Assembly: GCF_009914755.1 (NCBI RefSeq)
Contig: NC_060926.1
Source: the human T2T-CHM13v2.0 reference genome, Homo sapiens
DNA: 64,000 nt
Direction: 5' to 3' (one strand)
The stretch's first letter is position 1, and each line of letters opens with the position of its first letter. Below, piece after piece: positions 15,406-45,545 of the stretch. Position numbers and translations under genes: made by a program. The notes below the pieces were generated by a model. It was given only the letters and a program-made list of their open reading frames with translations, was not told where the DNA came from and ran no database searches.

Positions 15406-15955
15406 CTAGGAAAAGCAAACAGTAGTTATCAAAGTAAGAAGCAATCTAATATGTTCTTCTTACATAAAAGAGCTTAACAAAATATTTTAATTAACCATAT
15501 TGCCTTATCCTTTAAATACCTTTTGGAAATGAATTCATTATGCTCTGACTCTTCATATATACATATATAAATATATATATGTAAAACATATCCATGTACT
15601 TCCTGTGTCTAACTTTTTTCTCAGCACTTATTGTGTGCCAAGCATTTAACATATATTAACTCATTTAATCCTCACATCAGCTCTATGAAGTCAATACTAG
15701 TATTATTATAACATTTCGGAAGAAACTGCAGCTTTAGAGAGGTAAGATAACTTGGTTAGAGCAGTTATATAACAAAAATATACTTAATACATTACCCTAA
15801 ATATATGTCACGGAAAAAAAGGCAACTGTGTATTCAAATATTTCAGGTCAATCAAGGACCTAAAAAAATGCTTTCACACCTAAAATATAAACACAATGCT
15901 CACACATAATGTTATTCATATGAAAATGTTTTCTTGACCAGGAAGCTGTTAATTA

Positions 15956-16736
<781 letters not shown>

Positions 16737-17314
16737 TGCTGAGGCTTGAGTAGGTAAACAAAGTGCCTGGAAGCTCGAACTGGGTGGAGCCCACCACAGC
16801 TCAAGGAGGCCTGCCTGCCTCTGTAGACTCCATCCACCTCTGGGGGCAGGGCACAGCCAAACAAAAGGCAGCAGAAACCTCTGCAGACTTAAATGTCCCT
16901 GTCTGACAGCTTTGAAGAGAGTAGTGGTTCTCCCAGCATGCAGCTGGAGATCTGAGAATGGACAGACTGCCTCCTTAAGTGGGTCCCTGAACCCCGAGTA
17001 GCCTAACTGGGAGGCAGCCCCCAGTAGGGGCAGACTGACACCTCACATGGCCAGGTACTCCTCTGAGACAAAACCTCCAGAGGAATGATCAGGCAGCAAC
17101 ATTTGCTGTTCACCAATATCCGCTGTTCTACAGCCTCTGCTTCTGATACCCAGGCAAACAGGGTCTGGAGTGGACCTCCAGCAAACTCCAACAGACCTGC
17201 AGCTGAGGGTCCTGACTGTTAGAAGGAAAACTAACAAACAGAAAGGACATCCACACCAAAACCCCATCTATACATCACCATCATCAAAGACCAAAGGTAG
17301 ATAAAATCACAAAG

Positions 17315-18330
17315 ATGGGGAAAAAACAGAGCAGAAAAACTGGAAACTCTAAAAATCAGGGTGCCTCTCCTCCTCCAAAGGAACGAGCTCCTCACCAGCA
17401 ACGGAACAAAGCTGGATGGAGAATGACTTTGACAAGGTGAGAGAAGAAGGCTTCCGACAATCAAACTATTCCGAGCTAAAGGAGGAAGTTTCAGCCAATG
17501 GCAAAGAAGTTAAAAACCTTGAAAAAAAATTAGACGAATGGCTAACTAGAATACCCGATGCAGAGAAGTCCTTAAAGGACCTGATGGAGCTGAAAACCAT
17601 GGCACGAGAGCTATGTGATGAATGCACAAGCCTCAGTAGCCGATTTGATCAACTGGAAGAAAGACTATCAGTGATGGAAGATCAAATGAATGAAATGAAG
17701 CGAGCAGAGAAATTTAGAGAAAAAAGAATAAAAAGAAATGAACAAAGCCTCCAAGAAATATGGGACCATGTGAAAAGATCAAATCTACATCTGATTGGTG
17801 TACCTGAAACTGATGGGGAGAATGGAACCAAGTTGGAAAACACTCTGCAGGATATTATCCGGGAGAACTTCCCCAATCTGGCAAGGCAGGCCAACATTCA
17901 AATTCAGGAAATACAGAGAACGCCACAAAGATACTCCTCGAGAAGAGCAACTCCAAGACATACAATCGTCAGATTCACCAAAGTTGAAATGAAGGAAAAA
18001 ATGTTAAGGGCAGCCAGAGAGAAAGCTCGGGTTACCCACAAAGGGAAGCCCATCAGACTAACAGCGGATCTCTTGGCAGAAACTCTACAAGCCAGAAGAC
18101 AGTGGGGGCCAATATTCAACATTCTCAAAGAAAAGAATTTTCAACCTAGAATTTCATATCCAGCCAAACTAAGCTTCATAAGTGAAGGAGAAATAAAATC
18201 CTTTACAGACAAGCAAATGCTGAGAGATTTTGTCACCACCAGACCTGCCCTAAAAGAGCTCCTGAAGGAAGCACTAAACATGGAAAGGAACAACCAGTAC
18301 AAGCCACTGCAAAAACATGCCAAATTGTAA
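17315..18330 (+). pseudogene. L1 ORF1p, frameshifted near the N-terminus
   Basis: ATG GGG AAA AAA CAG at 17315, then a 1-nt deletion near 17385. The rest is open as ORF 17416..18330. Confidence 0.9.
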
Positions 18331-18393
18331 AGACCATCGAGGCTAGGAAGAAACTGCATCAACTAACGAGCAAAATAACCAGCTAACATCATA

Positions 18394-22214
<3,821 letters not shown>

Positions 22215-22687
22215 ACAATGAGAACACATGGACACAGGAAGGGGAACATCACACACTGGGGCCTGTTGTGGGGTGGGGGAAGGGGGGAGGGATAGCATTA
22301 GGAGATATACCTAATGTTAAATGACGAGTTAATGGGTGCAGCACACCAACATGGCACATGTATACATATGTAACAAATCTGCACGTTGTGCACATGTACC
22401 CTAAAAGTATAACTAAAAACAAAAAACAAAAAACAAAAAAACCTGTTAATTAGGACAGCTTCTTTAGTAGACACATTTTAATAATAACCTTGTTTTCAAG
22501 AAATGTTATTTCTTTTGTTTAAGAACAGCTACATCATTGCATGTTTTTCATCTTTTCAATGTGTGAATCTCAGTTTCCTAATTAGAGTAAGTAGGATACC
22601 TATCTCCATGGTTAATTAGCTACAGTTAGGGCAAATTAAAGGATTTAGTTTCAGAGGTGGAGTTGGGAACTATGTTAGAAACACAGT

Positions 22688-23575
22688 GTGGCTGAATATA
22701 TTTTCAATGATGGTCACACCAATTCTTATGTCATTTCACATGCTCTTCATACAATGTGACACTGACATGCCTCCATTGAGAGGTGGGATCTATGTTCTTC
22801 TTCCTTGAACGTGAGTAGACCTTTGTAACTGTCTCACCCAACAGAATGCAGTTAAAGTAATGCTGTGTGACTTTTTTTTTTTTTTTTTGAGGCAGAGTTT
22901 CACTCTTGTCTCCCAGGCTGGAGTACAATGGCGCAATCTTGGCTCACTGCAACCTCCGCCTCCCGAAAGTAGCTGGGATTACAGGTGTTCACTATCACGC
23001 CCAGCTAATTTTTGTATTTTTAGTAGAGATGGGGTTTCACCTGGTTGCCCAGGTGGGTCTTGAACTCCTGACCTGAGGTGATCCACCCGCCCCGGCCCCC
23101 ACAAAGCGATGGGATTACAGGCGTGAGCCACCGTGCCTGGCCAATGCTGTGTGACTTCTGAGGCTAGGTCATTGAAGGTAATATGGCTTCAACTTGGCTG
23201 GCCCTCTGTCTCTCCCTTTCTTTCTCTCTTGGGACACTTGCCTTGGGAACCTAGCCACCATTGGTATGAGGAAACCCAGGCCACATGGAGAAATCCTGCG
23301 GTGTTCCAGTTGACAGCCCCAGAAAAGCTCCCAGGTGACAGACAGCACCAATTGCCAGACATGTGAGTGAACAAGCCTTCAGAGAAGTTTTCAGCCCCTG
23401 GCATGGGTGTCTTCCATCAAGGGCCACAGTCATCATGGAGGAGACATGTCATTCCTGTTGTACCCTGGTTGAATACTGCACCCATAGAAACTATAAGAAA
23501 TAATACAAGGCTATTGTTGTCTTAAGACACTAAGTTTTGGAGCAATTTGTTATGCAGTAATAGATAACTAAGACA
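22688..23575 (+). mobile_element. MLT1-type MaLR LTR with inserted minus-strand Alu (22872-23142)
   Basis: MLT1 text (catgctcttcatacaatgtgac...gaggtgggatctatg). Alu TSD aatgctgtgtgactt. Confidence 0.7.
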
Positions 23576-24185
23576 GACCCTGTAGATAATGATAGCAAAA
23601 TACCATATATTGTAAATGATATTTTACATAATGAATATTATCTGTACTTCTTAGTGGTACTATATAAGAAAGAATTATAAAATTCATAAAAACAGAAAGA
23701 TTAGTGGTTACCAGAGGCTGGAGGGGAAGGGGAAATGGAGAGTGATTGCTACATAATTATAGACTCTCTGGGGTAATGGAAAATTTTTGGAAATACTGGT
23801 GGTGGGTGCACAACACACTGTGAATGTAATGACACTAACTGTACACTTAAAAATGGTTAAAATGACAAATTTTATTTACCACAGTATAAAAAATCAAAAA
23901 AAAAAAGGAAGCGAAAAAATAAGGAAGGAAAATTTAGGCTGTTCCCATATTTGTAAAATTAAAACATGTTATCATAGGGAAAAAGCTCTCTCCCCTGCTC
24001 CACTACTCCCAATAATGTAGAACTCTTATTTTGCATGGCTGCTAATTTATACGTTCTCAAATACTACAAAAAGTTATCTAATTAGTTGTGAAATATACAG
24101 AATTCAGATAAATATAGAGAATGAAATCATTAACCACAAGACACGATTTTTAAAACAATGCGTGAGGGAAATTAAAGAAAGAGCG

Positions 24186-29169
<4,984 letters not shown>

Positions 29170-29938
29170 TCAGGGCCTTCAAATACCAGCTTTACAGTTG
29201 ATCTTCTTAATTAAGCTATTTAATTAAGCTATTTTAAAAATAACTTATTTTACTATTTAAGCAATGACTTATTTTGGGAAAATAGCATTTGAGAATTCTC
29301 ATTATATGCTGAAGGCAGGTTGAGAGGTAAGGTTAGCAGTGACTGACAGTAATGAGAAACTGATGCTTACTTCTGCCATTATGGTAGTTTATGAACAGTG
29401 GCATGGGAGTAATCAGCATAGGTGATGTTCTAAAACAGAACATTCCACTTGGGTAATAAAATTGAGGCTTTAGTACATAAAATCCAGAAAACAAGGGAAA
29501 GGATAGAAAGGAAATCATTTTAATAATATTGTGAACCAAAAGGTACTCTTAAGAATACAATATTAGCAAAAGGAGAGAGCAAGATTAGCAATGACTATGG
29601 CTAATGTTATGATGGCTAAACTGAACAATGATGAATGCTGTCACAGGAAGTAAACCTTACAAGTTAGGGTCCTGGCCATAGGGCTGCCATAAGCTGGAAG
29701 GCCTAAAAGGAGTAAGGATTTCCTATGAGGTAATCAGTGAGAAACCTGATCCATGTCATCAACTGTGCTTTCTGATTGTAGCCTCTGGGCAATCAGCAGG
29801 AAGTTGGTTGAGGTCTCTTTGACATTTAGCAGCTATGACTAATAGAAAAACAAGTGAGAAAATCTCTTTGATATATTCTAAAGATAATTATACCTGCTGG
29901 ATGGAAACAAAGAGGGTCTCCTGGTTTACTGAAAATGA

Positions 29939-30730
<792 letters not shown>

Positions 30731-32109
30731 TGAGACAGAGACATATCACCATCAACTCATGGAGACTCAAGCAGGTATTGGGAACATGTCTGGTTTATAA
30801 AAGAAGAAGGTGACCTTAAACAAGATACTAATTTGTAGATACAGATATCAAATAAAAATATGCTTCTAATGACTTTTCTGTTGTCTTTTTTTGTTAATTT
30901 TTCATAAAGTGTTCTCTTTTAGTAGAGCTGGCAACATTGCTACAGCTGTTAGTAGATTCACTGATTAAAGCATTTGGGAAAAACATAGTAAGAAATAATT
31001 GCAAACAGAATGCTTCCCAAAAAAATGCATATTTTCCAAAAATGTTAGATTCATCAACAACAATGACTCCCTGCTCCTTAAAGAAGGAAGAGTGATCTAA
31101 GCCTATAGTAATTTTTATCACAAAGCTTATGAGAAAAATATAATTATAACAACACGCCCATGTCATAAGGAAAGTGGAAGATAGAAGAACATATTCCTCT
31201 CTTCAGTTATACAGCTGAAACTCAGTTATTATGTTCCTGTCTTTTGTTCAATATTGTTTTTGAAAAACAAAAGAAAAATACTGCTTTTGGTGAGAAGTGC
31301 TGGGAATACAAACTGCAAAATGCTTAAGATGGCAAAATGCATGTTTTTATCTGAAAAGTTCAGAGTCCTAATCTTTTTGCCCTGTTTTTCACCATAGCAA
31401 ACTACTGGTCTTTACAGACAAATCCCCTGGCTATGATGATAGGATTAAAAGCCAGTTATTAGAACTGAAGGAGAGGGGAAAAAAATCTAGTAAAACTCAT
31501 AAAAAATAAAGCACTTCAAAGCTTGGTGCCATTCCAGGGAAGCACAGGCTACCAACAAAAGCACTGATGTCAAGTTTAATAGACTTTGATCAAAGGGCAG
31601 CTCTGGTAGGAACCATTACTGCCTCGTGTCATTTGGCTCCTGTTCCTAAAAATATTAATAAACCTATTTTACAAATGGGTGATTGGGACATCATGCTGGT
31701 CTCTTGAACCACAGAGGATTGATGATTGGAACTGGAACTAAAGAGCCCTCGTGAGCATTTGTAAACAAGCCAACAAGAGTCTGTTTTCAAAGGAGACAGA
31801 GTGACACAAGTAGGGTTTTAATCATCTAACTGAAAAAATAGATTTAAATTATTCTAAGAAAGAAATGACTGGTTTTTTTTTCAGATTTTCCAAAATGTTC
31901 ATTCCCATACAGCTGAATAAAATACTGACAATATCCACTCTTAGGCACAACTACTAGTGTTTCTCTGCAGATAGAGAGAAAACAAAACAAAACACACAAA
32001 ATAAAACACATTTTGATTTTTTTTAAAACCCAAAGTAGTAAAAAAGAAAACGTTATTACTTATTATTATTTTTTTTTAGAGACATGGTCTTAGCCAGGTG
32101 CAGTGTCGC

Positions 32110-36880
<4,771 letters not shown>

Positions 36881-37954
36881 AGATTAAAAAGATTATTTTG
36901 TAGAAAAAAATCCCATGACATCAAAAGTAGTATATGCAAATGCCTTTGGGAATGGCTGTCTCTTCCAATAAGGACAATGAGAATTTATAGCAAAATATCA
37001 TATAACATATAGATTATTAGAATGTAACTCAGGGGGTTAAATTAATCCACTTATGTCTAGTGTGTACCTATGTACCATTATTTCTCTTTAAGCTCTAGGG
37101 CTGAGCTCCAAATGACTCTTGGACAACAGCTGAGGTTCAGAGACACCTCAAACTCAAGATGTCCTGAGTGAACCCTTCACCTCTGTCCTGAAGCCAGCTC
37201 CTCTTCTACCACCACAATCTTTTGGCTCTTCACTGCTCATCCAAATTAACTATAAAGTCCTCTGCATGGAAATCTCCAGTTTTAGACTAAATTAGATCTC
37301 TTTCTGTTGTTTCAATTTGTCCTCTCCTTATCTACCTGCATGCTGTTGGCTGTGGTGTTTTCCTTAAGTGCCTGCTTCAATCCCTTCTACTCTTTTTGCA
37401 CTGCTGCTATTAGATAGGATTCCACTCAGGTCTCATTTTATTGATTCTACTGCTGAAATGTCTGGCATTTTTTGCCTCTCTATTGTCACTACCACTATTA
37501 GGAATTCAGGGTGGTTATAGTGCCTCAAATCCCCTCTAGGAATCCTTGACAAAGGGGCTTTATACATACCAATAGCCTCATGAATAAAAAGGAACTGGCT
37601 TTATTAGTAGACCTGTAAGTGCCTGATAGTACCAAAGTAAAATTCTGGTAAAAGCTATATTGAAGAACCCAGCTAGAACCCAAGGTCAAAAGTAGACTTC
37701 CTAACTTGTCAGCACAGATCTAGCGGCAGAGGTGGTGGTAGGGCCTGCCAACGCAGGCTTGTTTGCTGTGCTCACAGTGGAAGCAGAAAGCAAAGGAGAG
37801 GCATGCCTCCTGGGGGAACAGTAACTCACCTACCTTGAACTGTGACCCAACCAAGTTCTCAGGCTCTAAAAATCAGGGGGAGAAAGCCTGGACAGGGAGT
37901 GGAGAGAGAGAGAGAGATCCCTTCACCATAGGCTGAAACTAGATGGGAGACTAT

Positions 37955-38341
37955 ACTATGCTTTGCTTAACAACGGAGATACAGACACACTCCGAGAAAT
38001 GTATCTTTAGGTGATTTTGCAGTTGTACCAACATCATAGAGTGTACTTCACAAACCTAGATGGTATAGCATACTATACACCTAGACTACCTGGTATAGCC
38101 TGTTACTCCTAGACTATAAACCTGTACAGCAGTTACAGTACTGAATACTATAGGTAACTGTATCACATGGTGAGCATTTGTGTATCTAAACATAGAAAGG
38201 GTAATACATTGTGCTACCATGTTACTATGGCTACAACCTCACCAGGTGATAGGAACTTTTCAGCTCCATTATAACCTTATGAGACTTCCATTGCATATGT
38301 GATCGTAGTTGACCAAAACATTATTATGTGGTGTATGACTG
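37955..38341 (-). mobile_element. Tigger3/Golem-derived MITE
   Basis: The end (gttgaccaaaacattattatgtggtgtatgactg) is the reverse complement of the recalled Tigger3 terminus. Confidence 0.7.
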
Positions 38342-38963
38342 TAATCCATTCCCAAGTAGCACTGCCTCCAAGAACTTCTGTCTCTTCACCCTTCCATTTG
38401 TTTTTCACACTACCATTAGGACTATCTTTTGAAGACAGATATCTGATCATGTTATTTATCTGCTTAAAAACATCTCATGACACTACATACTTCCAGAATC
38501 AGGTCTCACTTTTTGGCATGGCAAGTGTGAGTTCCTCTCCAACTGGTTACTGCTAAAGTTTTAGGCTTCCTCTCCTTTAACTCACTTCTCATGTGCCCTA
38601 AGCTCACATATTTGTGTAGATTTTGCATTCTCAGAACAATTAATATTTGTTCATATCTCTGGGCTTTTAGGCATGCTTTTGGTGTTCCCTCTGCCTGAAA
38701 TTGGACCTACTGCCTCTGAATTCATCCTTCAAAATCCAGCTCAGATATTTCCTAACAGAAACTTTCTCAAATGCTCCAGGTAGTTATTTATTCTGTCCTG
38801 TGTTCCCAGAGCCTGGCTTACATGTCTCTATTTTCATATTTATCGTATTGCATTAAAATGATTTGTTTACAACTGTTTTTTCCTAACTAAAGAGTAAGCC
38901 CCAAAAGAAAGTTAGCTATTTTCCTTATCTTCGCATTCTCAAAATTTAGCATATAGTCTTTTA

Positions 38964-39501
<538 letters not shown>

Positions 39502-39614
39502 TGATCTGCCTGCCTCGGCCTCCCAAAGTGCTGGGATTACAGGTGTGAGCCACCGCATCCGGCCGTAGAACATTTTCATTACCCTCAGAAAGAAACCCTA
39601 TACTCATTAGGCAA

Positions 39615-40660
39615 TGTTAAATAAAATGTATGTGAAGCCATTGTTTTAGTCTCAGCTCCTACACTAGGACCCAAAAGACCAGACCAAACCAGGATGGAGT
39701 AACACATGCTAGGTGCCACTTAATCAAACTGAACTTAAAAACAGGCCAGTTTAGAAAAACAAAACAAAACAACACACACACACACACAGACACACACACA
39801 CACACACAGCCCCCAGGGATTCATGGCAATCAAAAGGGGCCCAGTCAACCTGAACCAGCATGATGAGGAAGTTCTCTCTGCTTTACCCCTACAAAGAAAA
39901 TAATTTTGAAACTATTAATCTGCTTTTCCTTCCTTGTTTCTGCTTCCTTTTCTGTTCCTTGTTTCTCCTTTTCTGCCTATAAAACTCACCCACTCTGCTC
40001 TGCTCAGCTTAGTGAAGCATCATTCTAGTTCATAAACAGGATGCTGCCCAATTCATGACTTGCTAATAAAAACAAATCAGGGCCAGGTGCAGTGGCTAAC
40101 GCCTGTAATCCCAACAGTTTGTAAGGTTGAGGCAAGAGGACTGCTTGAGCTGAGGAATTTGAGACCAGCCTGAGCAACATAAGGAGACCCCCATCTCTAC
40201 AAAAAATAAAAAATTAACCTGGCATGGTGGCATGATGATAGTCCTGGCTACTTGGGAGGCTGAGGCAGGGGGATCACTGGACCAGGATTTCGAGGCTGCA
40301 GTGAACTATGACCTCTCCACTGAACAATCCTGGGCAATAGAGTGAGAGTCTGTCTCTTAAAAACAAAAACAACCCTCCTCAAACAAAAAAAACCCAATCA
40401 GATATTTAAAGGTCAACTCATTAAAATTTTTTTTTTTTTTTTTTTGAGGCAGGGTCTTACTTTGTCACCCAGGCTGGAGTGCAGTGGAGAAATCACGGCT
40501 CACTACAGACTCGACCGCCCTGGGCTCAGGTGATCCTCTCACCTCAGCCTCCTGAGTAGCTGGGACTACAGGCATGTGCCACCATGCCCACCTGATTTTT
40601 GTATTTTTTATAAAAACAGGGTTTTGCCATGTTGTCCAGGCTAAATTTTGTTCTTTGACA
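39615..40660 (+). mobile_element. ERV1-class solo LTR (MER57/LTR54/MER93-like) containing a (CA)n tract and two Alus
   Basis: TGTTAAATAAAA...CTTTGACA termini with 4-bp TSD gcaa/gcag. Subfamily uncertain. Confidence 0.6.
39772..39808. repeat. (CA)n microsatellite, interrupted
   Basis: acacacaca...gacacacac... seen directly. Confidence 0.9.
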
Positions 40661-40801
40661 GCAGTCACTGCCCATCCTCTCCTTGAATCTCTTAGCAAGT
40701 ACTAGTCTATTTTGTGTCTCTATGGATTTGCCTATTCTGGCTAATCTGAATAAAAAGAGCCATACAAGAAGTGGCCTTTATGTCCTGCTTCTTTCACTTA
40801 G

Positions 40802-41154
<353 letters not shown>

Positions 41155-41181
41155 TAAGGCCAAATAATATTCCACTGCATG

Positions 41182-41822
41182 TGTCAGAGGCATTTGAACC
41201 AGAGCAACTCCATCTTGAACAGGGGCAGGGTAAAATGAGGCCAAGACCTGCTGGGCTGCATTTCAAGGATGTTAGGCATTCTTAGTCATAGGATGAGACA
41301 GGAGCTTGGCAGGACTGGTTTCACAACACACAGGTCCCAAAGACCCTACTGATATAACAGCATGCAATAAAGAAGCCAGCCAAGACCCACCAAAACCAAG
41401 ATGGTAATGAAAGAGACCTCTGGTCATCCTCACAGCTCATTATATGCTAATTATAATGCATTCACATGCTAAAAGATATTCCCACCAGCACCAAAAGAGT
41501 TTACAAATGCCATGGAAACATCTGGAAGTTACCCTATATGGTCTAAAAAGGGGAGGAACCTTCAGTTCCAGGAACTTGCAACCCTGGAAAACTCATGACT
41601 AATCTACCCCTTGTTTCACATATAATCAAGGAATAACCATAAGCATACTCAGTCAAGCAGCCCATGCCACTGCTCTGCCTATAGAGTAGCCATTCTTTAG
41701 TTTCTTTACTTCTCTAATAAATGTCATTTCACTTTACTTTGTAGACTCACCCCAAATTCCTTCTTGCATGAGATCCAATAACCTTCTCTTGAGGTCTGGA
41801 TCGAGACCCCTTTCTGGTAACA
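41182..41822 (+). mobile_element. MER41 solo LTR
   Basis: TGTCAGAGGC.TTTGAACCAGAGCAACTCCATCTTGAA start and TTTCTGGTAACA end. Confidence 0.88.
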
Positions 41823-42807
41823 TATAGATTAACCACACTTTGTTTACCCATTCATCAATTTATAACTTTTTTTGGTCTAACTTTTTTTGGCTACTATGAA
41901 TCATGCTGCCATAATGTCCATGTCCAAGTTTTTGTGTGGACAGGTGTTCTCAATTCTCTTGGATGTACGATTGCTGGGTCATATGGTGACTTTATGTCTA
42001 ACATGTTGAGGAACTCCCAGATGGTTTTACAAAATGGTTGCATCATTTTACATTCCAATCAACAATATATGAGTCTTCTAATTTCTCTACATCATTGCCA
42101 ATACTTGTCTTTTTTATTTTAGTCATCCTAGTGGGTGTGATGTGATAATCTCATTGTGGTTTTGACTTGTATTTCATATAATCTTAATAGATGTTTATAT
42201 AATGAATGATCTTTGAATGTCCTGTATGTGGCTCACATCCCAGAAACTTGGCTAAACCAAATTGAAGTTTTTCAATGTTGTATTCATTCCACATACATTT
42301 ATTGAAGGCCCATGATATGCTAACTCTAATGCACCTAGTATGGATTGGCAAAGTTATGAGAACAGACCTTGAAGCAGAAAGGCCTGGCACTTTCTGCCCC
42401 AGCTGTGCCACTTATTGGCTGTATGACCTCGGGCAGATTATGTAACCTTTCTCAGATTTAGTGGGGCAAGTTAATAGTATCTTCCTCATGATGTTGCTCT
42501 GAAGGTTAAATAAGATCATGAGCCTGGAGTGGTAGCTCATGCTTGTAATCCCAACACTTTGGGAGGCTGAAGTGGGAGGACTGCTTGAGCCTAGGAGTTC
42601 AAGACCAGCCTGGACAACATGGTGAGATCCCATCTTTATTTAAATAAGTTTTTTTTTTAAAGAAAGATCCTGAATGTTAAGGGCTTAGCACAGTGGCTGC
42701 AAGAAATAACAACTCAATAGATGTTAGTCATTATTATTGAGTGTATTAAAAGTCATAAAAGTAAATAAGACAAATGTCTAATAATAACATAATGTTATGT
42801 AAGCTAT

Positions 42808-43121
42808 TGAGACAGTGAAGTAAAAAGGGCTCCCTGGAGAATCTCCAACCTGCCTGTGCATTGGGAGGATGTGGTGGAGCCTTGGGGAGTTAGCACCCAT
42901 TGCAGGAAGGAGGAGCCTGCCCTCTCCTGTTCCTGGGTGGTAAAAGGGGATTCAATCTGTGAAGCGCAAAGCCTGCTAGCAGGACTCTCACCTTTGCTGA
43001 GAGTCCCTGTTTCCCTTTTATTTCTTTTCACACAATAAATGCTGCCCTTCTCACCCTACAATGTATCCGCATGCCTAAATTATCTTGGTCGTGTGACAAG
43101 AACCCGGGTTTTCCTACAACA
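42808..43121 (+). mobile_element. Short ERV solo LTR, subfamily unresolved
   Basis: TG...CA termini, internal AATAAA, 4-bp TSD ctat/ctac. Confidence 0.55.
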
Positions 43122-43515
43122 CTACGACATAGACATTTGTATGTCTCTATCTGTAACAATGAGGCTGCCCTCATGTCCTTATCAATTAGGCTATTATGCA
43201 GACTAATTACATAATAATTACAAAGTGCTTTGAATTCCTAAAATATATATTAAATAAATATTCTCATTTAAGATGTGCTGCCCCAAGAAACCAGTTCTTT
43301 ACCATATTCAGAAAGAAGAGATTTTGGACAAGAGGGATTTAGATTTCACAAGTGCCACAGCTCCTGTGGTCAACTTTCTTTTTGCTGTTACCATGTATTC
43401 AACTGGACAATATGCAGGAAAAAAAGTTTATTTTTTGTATATACGAGACATTTTTAACTTGCACTTTTTACCACAACAAAGCAAACATTTCATACAATGT
43501 TGGCATTTAATTTAA

Positions 43516-44231
<716 letters not shown>

Positions 44232-45059
44232 AGAAAGCAGACATGTCCTAACCACAAGCAGGACTCATTACCCATACTAAATTAGAGTCCTTTTTTTTTT
44301 TGGCTCACCTATGAATCATTTATGCACCAAGATTCTCTTAGGATACTTTATAGTTTATATATAATGGATGAAAGGGGGCTTAGACGCCATCTAGTAATCT
44401 AGTGACTCAAATGGCTAGATAAATAATGTTGCTGATTATTGGAGAAAGGAGCAAAAGAGGAAAAGAAAAGGCCCTAAAGAGGTTAAGGGAAGGGCCCCAA
44501 TTTCCCACAGCTAGAGCTAGAGGAAGAGATACTTGTTAGATGAAGGCAGCAAAATGAAAACCAGAGAGAGAAGGAGGCTCCCTATTTGAACACTCCACTC
44601 AGCTTGCTTTATTCAGAAACAGCCTTTCGTTGCTTAGAAATAACATACACTAATATTATCTATACCATTCTCCTGCCTGGAGATGACCTACATTATCACT
44701 CAATGGAAGCCACTGTAGAGAAATCAAAACACCTCAAAGCCAAAATAGTACTTAGAAGTCAGACACATTCAGATGTAGAAGAAAGGAAGAAGCAGTGGAA
44801 ATTGGACTGACCACATCTTAGGCAGTGACCCTGGTGATGGACTCCAAGGCAAGACTGCTTACTTATGGGACAGCCAACTGGGCTGTGCAAAAGTATCTTT
44901 CCTTGTGGTGGTGGAATTTTTTCTTTTCACTTGAGTTGGACTTCAATTTGAGTTTCATTTGGGTTAATAAATACTGTAATTTCTTAAAAAATGTAAATAC
45001 ATCTAGCATGGGTAAAGAATTGTGACTCATACATTTGTGTGGATTAGTTTCATTTAAGG

Positions 45060-45545
45060 TATTATTCAAATACTTGAATAATATATATTCAAGTATATAT
45101 ATATTCAAGTATATATAGTATATATGTACTATATATACTATACTATATGTACTATATATGTACTATATATACTTGAATTTATATATACTTGAACATATTT
45201 ATATATATACTTGAATATATTATTGACTATTATATATTCAAGTATATATATCAAGTATACTTGAATATATATAGTATATACAAACTATATATATTCTATA
45301 TACTATATATATTCAAGTTTATAGTATATATATACTATATATTCTATATATATACTATATATATTCAAGTATATTTGATATATATAATATATACTATATA
45401 TACACTTGACATATATATTGTATACTATATATAAAGATTTTGTATTTTTGTATTTTTATTCTATATATACACTTGATATATATATTATATACTATATATG
45501 TAGTATATATATACTTGAATATATAATATTCAATAATATACTGAA
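45060..45545. repeat. AT-rich low-complexity repeat with inverted TACTTGAAT/ATTCAAGTA units
   Basis: About 480 bp of (TA)n-like sequence, seen directly. Confidence 0.9.
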
